Shown here piece after piece: positions 33,468-43,412 of a stretch of DNA of 64,000 nucleotides. Position 1 is the first letter of the stretch. Every line of letters starts with the position of its first letter. Made by a program: the position numbers and the translations under genes. Source of the stretch: Rebecca billardiae RCC1528. Taxonomy: Eukaryota; Protista; Haptophyta. Where the stretch lies: contig OZ251237.1 in the NCBI GenBank assembly GCA_965240325.2, forward strand, positions 1,612,001 to 1,676,000, in the 5' to 3' direction. The notes under the pieces are model-generated. The model had not been told where the DNA came from. It did not search any database and saw nothing but the letters and a program-made list of their open reading frames with translations.

Positions 33468-34913
33468 ATGGCACCGACGACGCGCGCGCACGCCAAGGCG
33501 CGCTCGGCAGCGGCGGCCGTGCGGCTCATCGACCTGCCGCCCGAGCTGGTCGCGCGCATCCTCACTCATCTCGGTGGCACACGTGACCTCGCCGCCGCCA
33601 ACGCCGCCGCGCGCCTCTTCCGCGGCGCGCCGCTCGAGCACGCGCTGCGCGAGCGCTCGCGCGCGCGCGGGCACGAGGCCGCGCTGCCGGCGACCCTGCC
33701 CGTTGGTGTGTCAACGTGGGCAGAGGAGCTGTTCGCGCGCGAGGGAGTTCTCGAGCTCGCGCGCGTGCACGCGCACAGTGCAGCCTCCGGTGGATTGTTT
33801 GACGACGCGCTCAGCGCGTTTGTCGACGCGGACGGCGGCGTGCACACGTGCGGCGCACCGCTGGGCCATCCCGAGCTCAGCAGGCAGGCGCGCGTGCTCG
33901 TGCCGACGCGCGTGGGCTCGCTGGAGGCGTTGCGCGTGTGTGCAGTGGCTGCCAGCCACAAGCACCTGCTCGCGCTGAGCGAGGCGGGCGCCGTGTACGT
34001 GTGCGGCAGCAACGACTACGGCCAGCTGGGCGTGGGCGACCAGGCTGAGCGACGGGCGTTCGTGCAGGTGGCGGCGCTGTGTGCGGAGCTCGTCGTGGGC
34101 ATCGGCGCAGGCGCTCGCCACAGCCTCGCGCTCACGACAGCGGGCGTGGCGTACAGCTGGGGCCGCAACGGCGTGGGCCAGCTCGGCCAAGGCAACACTA
34201 GGCACCGGCTGGAGCCGACGCGCATCGAGGCGCTGCATGGCGTGCGCGTGGGCGGCGTGGCCGCGGGCTGGGAGCACACGCTGCTGCTCGCGGTGGATGG
34301 CGGCGTGTACGCGTCCGGGAATGGTGATCACGGCCGCCTTGGGCACGGTGACGAGCGGCGGCAGCGCACGCCGCTGCGCATCGAGGCGCTAGCGGGTGTG
34401 CGCGCCGTGCACGTGAGCGCAGGCCTCTCGCACAGCCTGGTGGTGGACGCAGCGGGCCGCGTGCACTCCTTCGGAGCCGGTTTTAGTGGCGCGCTCGGCC
34501 ACGGTGACCAGGCGCGTTGCTTGGTGCCCACGCGCATCGACGCACTGGGTGGCGTGTGTGCCGTGCGCGCCAGCGTGGGCCTTAACACCAGTGCAGTGCT
34601 GTGCGCGGACGGCAGCGTGCACACGTTTGGGAGCAACTACTATGGCCAGCTGGGGCTGGGGCACCAAACGGTTTATACGCTGCCCGAACGGGTGGAGGGC
34701 CTCGCGCATGCGCGCGTGCTCGACTGCTCACTTGGCGACGTTCACGCCCTCTACGTGACGGCGGATGCCGGTGTGCACGCATGCGGCAGACGCTCTGGCG
34801 CGCTCGGCCTGGGCGTGGACAGCGATGGCGCAGTGCAGCCGACGCCGCAGCGCGTGGTGCAGCTGCCGCCCCTGCGCTGTGGGCAGCGCTGGGCATCATT
34901 CGGGCAGATCTGA
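33468..34913 (+). CDS. F-box + RCC1-repeat protein, array copy 6
   Basis: Intact 481-aa ORF; the stop of other copies reads TGG here, giving the extension WASFGQI. Confidence 0.9.
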   Translation: MAPTTRAHAKARSAAAAVRLIDLPPELVARILTHLGGTRDLAAANAAARLFRGAPLEHALRERSRARGHEAALPATLPVGVSTWAEELFAREGVLELARVHAHSAASGGLFDDALSAFVDADGGVHTCGAPLGHPELSRQARVLVPTRVGSLEALRVCAVAASHKHLLALSEAGAVYVCGSNDYGQLGVGDQAERRAFVQVAALCAELVVGIGAGARHSLALTTAGVAYSWGRNGVGQLGQGNTRHRLEPTRIEALHGVRVGGVAAGWEHTLLLAVDGGVYASGNGDHGRLGHGDERRQRTPLRIEALAGVRAVHVSAGLSHSLVVDAAGRVHSFGAGFSGALGHGDQARCLVPTRIDALGGVCAVRASVGLNTSAVLCADGSVHTFGSNYYGQLGLGHQTVYTLPERVEGLAHARVLDCSLGDVHALYVTADAGVHACGRRSGALGLGVDSDGAVQPTPQRVVQLPPLRCGQRWASFGQI

Positions 34914-35653
34914 GGCGGTGCGCCTATTGAGCTTCGCGCGTGCTATCCGCACACCGCTGTCGGCTCGAGCCAGCGTTGCGCATGCGCACGCACATGACAC
35001 AACACGACGTCATTGCGGAGTGCTGTCGATCCGAGAGCCCATGCATCTTGAAACGAATTGCAGATATACAATTTATGCTGAGTGCGAATAAGTCGTCATC
35101 GCGCGTCATCACCGTTGCAAAAACAATATAATACGGCGGTAAGCAGACACCTGCCTCATCTACTAATGCCAATGGCCCTGTCTTAACGGCCGGCGGGTCG
35201 CTCTGCGACACCGCCATCACTAATAATCTATCAGCCTGCAGAGGCCCAGGCCAGCTGGTATAGCAGTGTAACATCACGGACCGAGTCTGCCTCGCCCTCG
35301 GCACTAAGTGCGCCCATAGCACTCACCTCGAGTCCGGCCACGGCTGGCCATCACTCATCAGGGTGATGCTTATTTGGGAGAAAGAGGAAAGGCACAGTCG
35401 CCGGCCCTTTCCGCCGGCCTAGGCGCACCGAGCCACATCTTTGTGTGGCGACCAGGCGCCTGTTGCCGCGTGCCGATCTTTGTGTGGCGAGCGGGCGCCT
35501 CGGTTGCCGCGTGCCGCGTGCCGAGTGCGCGCGTACGTGCGGCAGTTTTGCCTCAGAGTGCGCCCCGGACGCAGCGCCCGGGCCGCTGGCCGATACGGCT
35601 GGGCCTCGCGGTCCGGCGACCGGCTGTAGATTAGTCAGCTGCCACGAGCCTGC

Positions 35654-36973
35654 GGCTTGTCAGACAAACCCACAGGATGGCCAATTGTCCGGGAGGCGCA
35701 GATCAGCAACCGGACGACACACCTGCCCAGTGGAAGGTGTGTCGTCCGGTGCGCAGCGAATAGGCGTCGCGCGTGCGCGGACGCCGGGCTATGGCGGGAT
35801 GGCGCTCAGTCTCACCAGGCGACGCGAGGGCCCGCCTTGCGCCACGCGCCCAAGGCGGCACACGAGCTTGACGGCCGTGCGCGGGCGCCTCTTGGTGGCG
35901 AGAAGACCCGGTGGCAGCATTTCCGCCGCCTTGTCGACGCCCTGGCCACCCTTTCTGCGCGCAGAGACTGCTGACTGGCACGAGCGGCCTTGAGAGAAGG
36001 GACTTGAAGGCCTGCCCGATGAGCACGAAGGGCACGCGTGCGCCCCTGAAGTATTCAACGGTCGGGGTTTTCACTCCTGTGCGAGGGACCTGAGAGTGCT
36101 GAACATCACCGCTGCGTCTTGAGCCATGCTGGCATCGGTCAGACCGCACGCATGTGCTTGACTGCCTTGAGAGCCCGGACGGGCCAGTGTCACTTGGCAT
36201 TCGCGCCGCCGTTGGCACGCGTCGCACAGACGCCACAGTTCAGTGAGTGTTGCGTCGACTCCCGATACCTTGCGATCTGCTTCGTCGCGCATGCCTCGAC
36301 CTCCCTACGAATGGTGGCATGGGCACCCGGCTCGCCGCGTCTGCGAGCGGCCGCCTGAACTCAGAATGACTGGCGCCGGGAGATTGTGTAATGTGTTGAC
36401 CGGCCTTCTTCCGGTGCAGCAGTGGACACCTTCCTGCTCCAGATCAGACCACACCACGCTACCAGCGTAGGTACACACGAGCCTGCAGACGATCGCTCAC
36501 AGGTCGAGCGCGCTGTCTACGGCCAGCAGGTGCCCGAGAACGCACCATGCGGCAACATGAGCATTTGAGGTGTTTGAACAATATACTCACCAAGCAACAA
36601 AACCGCTCAACTCCGCTGAGTATGCACGGGGATCGTCGCGCGCGGGGGCTCGACGACGCGCCAACACCTAGGCCCATCAGGCGGACGCTGTAACTCGTCC
36701 TTAGGAGGCCTCTGGCACTTGCGTGCGCGCGTTCGCGCGCGGCAGTCGCGCCTCGTGTACATGTCGCGTCGAAAATAACAGGGCCCTGCGCGCGGCGAGA
36801 GCGGCGAGGGCGGGCAGGAGCGCGCGGGCGTGAGGCCCATAGGTGTCCTCGGCCGCGCCGACCTCGCGCGCGCACCCGCAGCGGCCGTGGGTGCGCGTTC
36901 GAGCGCGCCGCGTGAGGCCGCCATCGTGCCGTGCGCGCGCCGAGCCCCATCCTGTGGGTTTGTCTGACAAGCC
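35654..36973. mobile_element. Non-autonomous DNA transposon with perfect 27-bp TIR and 3-bp TSD (TGC); PIF/Harbinger-like by inference
   Basis: GGCTTGTCAGACAAACCCACAGGATGG at 35654-35680 is inverted at 36947-36973; TGC on both flanks. Confidence 0.85.
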
Positions 36974-36992
36974 TGCGGTCGTTATCGCATCA

Positions 36993-37630
36993 GAAAGGAC
37001 AGTGGAAACCCGGGGACTTTGACCCCGCGCCCCTCTCGCGGGCTCTGGCGCGCGAACGCTTTGTCACTACTGGCCGCCGAGCCGTAGATTGGCGCTCCGT
37101 GCACCAACAAAGACATCCCCAGCCGCATGTTGCCACTCGACACCTCGTCTAGCCTCGCGCGGAGCCAACTTGTGGTGTGCGGGAGCCACCCGTAGCACAC
37201 TGAGCCGTGTAGCGACGCGCGTGGCGGGTCAACAGTGCATCGCGAAGGCGTCGCACGCGCAATCCGTTGAGTACATACTCATGTCTGTCCCATGGCACGT
37301 CATGCACCGCCTGTCGACACCTCGTCTCGCCTCGCGCGGAGCCAACTTGTGGTGTGCGGGAGCTACCCGAAGCACAGGCTGTGCTGCACGCGGCGCGTCG
37401 CGAGTCGGGAGTGCATCGGAGCACACGGCGGCGCATGACGTGCCAAGGGACAGACATGAGTATGTACTCAACGGATTGCGCGTGCGACGCCTTCGCGATG
37501 CACTGTTGACCCGCCACGCGCGTCGCTACACGGCCCTACGGCTCGGCGGCCAGTAGTGACAAAGCGTTCGCGCGCCAGAGCCCGCGAGAGGGGCGCGGGG
37601 TCAAAGTCCCCGGGTTTCCACTGTCCTTTC
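36993..37630. repeat. Compound foldback: nested inverted repeats plus internal direct repeat
   Basis: 95-bp IR 36993-37087/37536-37630; 102-bp IR 37204-37305/37433-37534; ~63-bp direct repeat at ~37137 and ~37314. Confidence 0.9.
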
Positions 37631-37747
37631 CGCCGCCCGTCGCACAGTGAGGGGTGCTCGACCGTTACGGGAGATTAGATGCACCTGGTAAGCAGACCAA
37701 GTCCTCGCGGCGCGCGCGACCTGACAGCGGTGGCGCGACCACGCTTG

Positions 37748-39127
37748 ATGGCACCGACGACGCGCGCGCGCGCCAAGGCGCGCTCGGCAGCGGGGGCCGT
37801 GTGGCTGACCGACGTGCCGCCCGAGCTGGTCGCGCGCATCCTCGCTCACCTCGATGAGCTGTACGACCTCGCCGCCGCCAACGCCGCCGCGCGCCTCTTC
37901 CGCGGCGCGCCGCTCGAGCACGCGCTGCGCGAGCGCGCGCGCACGCGCGGGCAAGAGGCCGCGCTGCCGGTGACCCTGCCAGTTGGTGCGACCACGTGGG
38001 CAGAGGAGCTGTTCGTGCGCGAGCGCATTCTCGAGCTCGCGCACGCGCACGCGCACATTGCAGCCTCCGGTGGATCGTATGACGAACCACTCAGCGCGTT
38101 TGTCGGCGCGGACGGCGGCGTGCACACGTGCGGCGCACCGCTGGGCCATCCCGAGCTCAGCAGGGAGGCGCGCGTGCTCGTGCCGACCCGCGTGTGCTCG
38201 CTCGAGTCGGCGCGCGTGCGTGCGGTGGCCGCCGGCGGCCGGCACCTGCTCGCGCTGAGCGAGGCGGGCGCCGTGTACGCGTGCGGCAGCAACGGCTACG
38301 GCCAGCTGGGCGTGGGCGACAAGGCTGAGCGACGGGCGTTCGTGCAGGTGGCGGCGCTGGCTGCGGAGCTCGTCGTCGGCATTTGCGCTGGCGCGCACCA
38401 CAGCCTCGCGCTCGCAGCTGCGGGCGCGGCGTACAGCTGGGGCCACAATGGCGTGGGCCAGCTCGGCCACGGCGACACGGAGGACCGGCTGGAGCCGACG
38501 CGCATCGAGGCGCTGGACGGCGTGCGCGTGGGCGGCGTGGCCGCGGGCGGGAGGCACACGCTGCTGCTCTCGGCGTGCGGCGCCGTGTACGCGTGCGGGA
38601 ATGGTGATCACGGCCGCCTTGGGCACGGTGACGAGCAGGCACAGCGCACGCCGCGGCGCATCGCTGCGCTTGCAGGCGTGCGCGCCGTGCACGTGAGCGC
38701 GGGCCTCTCGCACAGCCTGGTGGTGGACGCAGCGGGCCGCGTGCACTCCTTCGGAGCCGGTGGCGCTTGGGCGCTCGGCCACGGTGACACGGCGTGTCGC
38801 TTGGTGCCCGCGCGCATCGAAGCGCTGGGCGGCATGCGTGCCGTGCGCGCGCGCGCGGGCTATCACAGCAGCGCGCTGGTGTGCGCGGACGTTAGCGTGC
38901 ACACGTTTGGGTTCAACGACCGCAGCCATCTGGGGCTGGGGGACCGAATGGAGCGCACGCTGCCCGAGCGGGTGGCGGGCCTCACGCATGCGCGCGTGGT
39001 CGACTGCTCACTGGGCCGATCTCACGCCCTCTACGTCACGGCGGACGGCGGCGTGCACGCATGCGGCAAGCGTTCGGGTGCGCTCGGCCTAGGTGTCAGT
39101 AGGGGGTCCATGACAGCAGCCCATTGA
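37748..39127 (+). pseudogene. F-box + RCC1 array copy 7, interrupted near its 3' end by TIR element copy 2
   Basis: Homology stops at GALGLGVS (~39098) and the ORF ends 29 nt inside the element; the missing tail is at 47626-47727. Confidence 0.85.
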
Positions 39128-39738
39128 TTTGTGCTTTTCGACAACCATGCGATTTAGGTGTCTGACGAGCGTGGCGCTTGCGGAGTCACTTACAAATATG
39201 TCCCAGAGCCCAGCCCAGCCGTTGGAAGCACTCACTGAAACCGACTCCGCGCGCCGTCGCGCGGTCGTGCGCGCACGCCAGCTGCGCCACTGTACGTCAC
39301 ATACAGATTCAGCCAAACGTCAAGGACTTGTGATGGCGGCTAAATGACGATATGTCGTCGGACTTACTTATTCATAACCGTTGCAACCCGCCCCAACAAA
39401 ATTAGGGTGGAATTGCTAAATTTTAGTAGGCATGATGAGTGCGCGTAGCGGTCGGTGAAAAACTACTCCAAGATCGAGCATTTTACCCATTTAATTAGAG
39501 ACCCCCTACCCGCACATACGCACAGACTTACCCGTTAATATATAATACGGGTGCGCTCTCCTATATATATTCATATTGGTGCCTATATGTGGGTACCGTG
39601 TTCAATATTGAGACTGGGTCATCCGAATAGGCCGCCGCCGCCGCGGAGCAGTCACTGCGGCTGCTCATGCCACTCGAACAGTGCCGCAGCAGGCCCGGAC
39701 GGGCCTGATGCGGGCGGCGGGCTGCGTGCCGAGGCACA

Positions 39739-41241
39739 CTAGCAAGACCACCTCTGAGCATGCCACCATCCCAACACTGGCAGGAGAGCCCTCCGGCTCC
39801 GCCGTCGAGGCTTGCGTGCGCAGACTGGCAGTCGATTGCCGCCGCCAAGCTTGACGCGGTCCGTTCGGCGACTTCCAAGCCCGTACTCTGTGTCACCGGC
39901 ATCGTCGCCGTTCGTCGTACCCCGGCCCACGCGCGGCTGCCACCGGTTCACCGCTACTGCGACGGACTGCGCGCGCTTCGCCACGCGCTCGCCCCGAAGC
40001 TCCGCCGCTCTCCTCTCGCGCTTGAGCTCGGCGCCGTCGGCAGCCATGGCCGCCCGCTCGGCCGCAGCGCGATCTGTGCCACAGCACGCGCTGCGCTCGG
40101 CTTCGTCGGCGCGCAAGCTGGCGCGCGCAGCGTCGGCGACGGCGCGCGCGGTCGCCTTGCGCGACGAGTCCAGCTCCACCTGCTGCTCCGAGATGATCGC
40201 GTGCTCAGCAGGAGTCACGCGCTGCTCGTGCAGCGGCACCGGCACGCGGCCTGATGCGGAAATGCGCGGCGCGTCAGCGTCGGGGTGCGAGTCGAGGTCG
40301 CGGAAGGGGCAGCTGACGTGGGCGGCGCCCAGCAACTGGTCGTCGGTGTCCAGCTCCGCCAACCTCTCCGCCGCCGACGCGCCCAGCTTCCGGCTCAGGA
40401 TGCGCTCCACGTCCTGGCGCTTGCCCTTCGACCACCTGTGCACGGTCATCAGCCAGTTGCCGATCATCTCGAGCCGCGGCGAGTCGTGGCGTGCCGAGAT
40501 GCCGTGCACGTCCGCGCAGGCGTGCGCGACCTTCTTGGGCTTCCTCATCCCACCGTCGCCCGCGGTCTGGGCGTACGCCGCGGTGAACACTCTGACCAAC
40601 TGCTTGCGCTTTCTCAAGTTCTTCTCGAGCATGAGGTCCACGAGCGTGCGGAGGAGGTCGAGGAGCACGAAGTTGAGCACCGATGCGTACCGCGGGTGCG
40701 TGCCGGCCACGAAGCGGCAGCCAAAAGTGTGCATCACGTGAATGGCGCGCGCCGCCGCCGCCGTCTCCTCGACCTGCTCCACGCGGACGTTGATGTCTGG
40801 CGGCAGCTCGAGCCTTGACTGCTGCACGCCATCGTGGCCGTCCGCGGAGGAGGTGAGCCCCTCTGCGGTGCTGGCGGGGACCTCGGGCGGGTCGCACATG
40901 TCCATGGACACGCGCACATCATCATCCGCCACGCCCTGGACCTCGTCATGCCCGGCACGGCGGTCAGCAAGTTGATCGACGTCGAGCGGCCCTTGCGGCA
41001 GAGGCCCGCGGGGAGCGTCAGAGCGCGAGAGCGCGGCGTCGGGTGGGCAAGGAGGCTGCGTCGAGTCGTTGTCGATGTCCACCCCACCGCGTAGGTCATG
41101 TTCGTCTCCGCGTAGGTCGCCAGCACGTGCTGCTAGGACTCGCTCCTTGGTCGCGAGCAGCACACGTTGAGCACGCAGATGCAAATTATGAAGCACGAGC
41201 TTCGGTTGGACCACGACTCCCAGCGAGAGCCCGGTCCGCAC
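39739..41241 (-). CDS. Unknown protein encoded by TIR element copy 2
   Basis: 500-codon ORF homologous to 28970-30292; start uncertain. Confidence 0.55.
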   Translation of the reverse strand: MRTGLSLGVVVQPKLVLHNLHLRAQRVLLATKERVLAARAGDLRGDEHDLRGGVDIDNDSTQPPCPPDAALSRSDAPRGPLPQGPLDVDQLADRRAGHDEVQGVADDDVRVSMDMCDPPEVPASTAEGLTSSADGHDGVQQSRLELPPDINVRVEQVEETAAAARAIHVMHTFGCRFVAGTHPRYASVLNFVLLDLLRTLVDLMLEKNLRKRKQLVRVFTAAYAQTAGDGGMRKPKKVAHACADVHGISARHDSPRLEMIGNWLMTVHRWSKGKRQDVERILSRKLGASAAERLAELDTDDQLLGAAHVSCPFRDLDSHPDADAPRISASGRVPVPLHEQRVTPAEHAIISEQQVELDSSRKATARAVADAARASLRADEAERSACCGTDRAAAERAAMAADGAELKRERRAAELRGERVAKRAQSVAVAVNRWQPRVGRGTTNGDDAGDTEYGLGSRRTDRVKLGGGNRLPVCARKPRRRSRRALLPVLGWWHAQRWSC

Positions 41242-41823
41242 GAGCCATGGCTACCCGTCCGCAGCCGCCCAGCCGCTTGACGAGGCGCCTGCACCGAGGT
41301 GGGTGCGCCCAATGGCGAGCGGACGGCCGTCGATGAGGGCCATCAGCCTCGCCGACCCCGTTCAGAGCTCCGCTCCCGCGCCGGGGCCAGCCGAGCGCGG
41401 ATATAACTGGGACCAGGCCCGCCTCGGCGGACTCGCCGGCCGCGGTTCGGCGGCATGGCAGCCGGGGCGGCGGCCGCGGGTGACAGTAGCGGCGGAGCGC
41501 CCGACTGTTATTCCTCCTTCCGCGCGACGCTCCGGCTGCGCGGCTAAGGTAGCGATGGGCCCGCCGACCCCCCTTTCTGCCAGTCGCCCCGACTCTGCCC
41601 GCAACCCGCGCTATCTAACGAGGGTCGCAGTTGATCAGAGAGGGGACTGGCTGAGGGGCGGCGGCTCCCGGCCACCGTCGCGTAGGGGGGTGCCACACCT
41701 CGGAGAGGTGGAGGCCCGGTGGCCCGGGGGCCGGCGGCTCGAGGCCGTCCGGGCCGCCGCCGCAGAGGGAAGGGGGGAAGAGACGCGAGAGTCGAGTGCC
41801 AGCAGCGCCACAGGCGGTCGGCG

Positions 41824-42777
41824 TCAGCCAGGATCCGCAAAGACGGCGGCCAGCCGAAGGCGCAGCTCCCGGCGCTCCGCCGCGCGGGGGAAATACGTCG
41901 CAGGGGCGGCGTTCCAGCGACCGGCCAGCGCGCGTTCCTGCCCAGTGAAGCCGAGGTGGTCAGCCACGGCAGCGGCACACCGGCGCACCGAGTTGGTAGA
42001 CACGTCAGCGGGCCGCAGCCCAACTTCCGCGCCCACCCTGCGAAGCCAAGCCAAATAAGCCGAGTAGGGGACCGGTGCCCCCGAAGGGAGCACGAACAGG
42101 GGGTCGTCGGCCGAGGACTCCCGGGGGCGGCGAAGGAGGTACCTGCCCAATGCCGCCACTGGGCACAGCGTCGCACCCGCCGGTAGGCGGGGCAGGAGCT
42201 CAACTGCCAAGCGGCCCGCGTGGTGTTTCTCGCTGCGAAGGGTCACCAGGAAGCCGAGGGCGGTGGGTGCGAGGTCCCTGAGCCGAATGAACTTGGAGGA
42301 CCCGTACCTTGCGACTCCGGCCACGCACTCGGCCCGACACATCGTAAAAAGCTGCACAAGCAGCATGGCCCAGAAAGCAGCGTCACCATCGCGCACGCGT
42401 GCGCCGATTGCGCGGACCGAATCCAGCGAAAGCGCCGGGGCAGGGGCAGGTTGGCGGGCGGGGAGCCGCCGAAAAGCGGCGACGATGTGCTGACGTCCGA
42501 GGTCCATGATGGGCCCCTCCTGCACACCCAGGACTTGAGCCGCCACCTGCACCGCCGACACGTATTGCGAGATGGTCGTGGGAGCTTTCCCCTGCAGCCC
42601 CAAGTGCGCTGCAAACAGCCGCAGGGCCAGGGCCGACGGGGGCCACACGGGCGCCACGCCACCCGAGCGGAAGAAGGCGACGTACGCTCGGACCCCCGCC
42701 GCGTTCGGGCCCGAGCCCACCGCCGCCGCCGCGAGCGCCACACACCCCGCGGCTGCGGCCACGATGGGGTTGTCCAT
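41824..42777 (-). CDS. Tyrosine recombinase
   Basis: N-terminal SAM-like region (LGLQGKAPTTISQYVSAV); catalytic R (MCRAE), K (RSEK), LCPV.AL..YL, PLF, NSVRR, GRW, ATY. Confidence 0.9.
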   Translation of the reverse strand: MDNPIVAAAAGCVALAAAAVGSGPNAAGVRAYVAFFRSGGVAPVWPPSALALRLFAAHLGLQGKAPTTISQYVSAVQVAAQVLGVQEGPIMDLGRQHIVAAFRRLPARQPAPAPALSLDSVRAIGARVRDGDAAFWAMLLVQLFTMCRAECVAGVARYGSSKFIRLRDLAPTALGFLVTLRSEKHHAGRLAVELLPRLPAGATLCPVAALGRYLLRRPRESSADDPLFVLPSGAPVPYSAYLAWLRRVGAEVGLRPADVSTNSVRRCAAAVADHLGFTGQERALAGRWNAAPATYFPRAAERRELRLRLAAVFADPG

Positions 42778-43049
42778 TACCGCCGGGTATTCCCAGCTTG
42801 TTTGCCCAGCAATGAAGGGCCATGGCCGCCTGGCGCTTGGAGGGTAGCGGCCGCCCGAAGCCCACGCTGAGACCGACCGGATCGCACCCGGCGGAGCGCT
42901 CAGGACGGAGTCCCGCCCGCTGGCAGGGGCTCCGATAGGAACGGGCGCCGGGGCAAGGTCTGCCCGGTCGGCCGGGCCGCTGGTGAAGGCAGCGACGAAA
43001 GACGCCTGCCGCTGAGCGACGAGATCGCAAGAAGCGACGACAGCACGCG

Positions 43050-43350
43050 GTGTGCATATCGACCGCTGGGATGGCCAGCAAGCGAAGTGCACATCGCAGA
43101 TTATTGAAGATAGCGAAGATGAGACTGATGCAAGCAAGCGATGTGCACATCGCTGAAGGGTGAGACTGCAAGCAAGCGATGTGCATATCGCTGAAAGATG
43201 AGACTGCAAGCAAGCGATGTGCATATCGCTGAAAGATGAGATTGCAAGCAAGCGATGTGCATATCGCTGAAAGATGATGAGATTGCAAGCAAGCGATGTG
43301 CATATCGCTGATGAAAGATGAGATTGCAGGAAAGCGATGCGCGGATCGCC
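43050..43350. repeat. 38-bp palindromic minisatellite between RT/RH and YR
   Basis: Unit TGCAAGCAAGCGATGTGCATATCGCTGAAAGATGAGAY at 43129, 43167, 43205, 43243 and 43284, plus degenerate copies on both sides. Confidence 0.93.
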
Positions 43351-43412
43351 GAACGGCGGAGAGAGGATGGCCGGAGGCGAGCCCGCGCGCCGTGCGGCGA
43401 GAACGCCCCGCG

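Noticed and set aside
43050-43350. CRISPR array
   Set aside because: Units are contiguous with no unique spacers; no cas genes; eukaryotic retroelement context.
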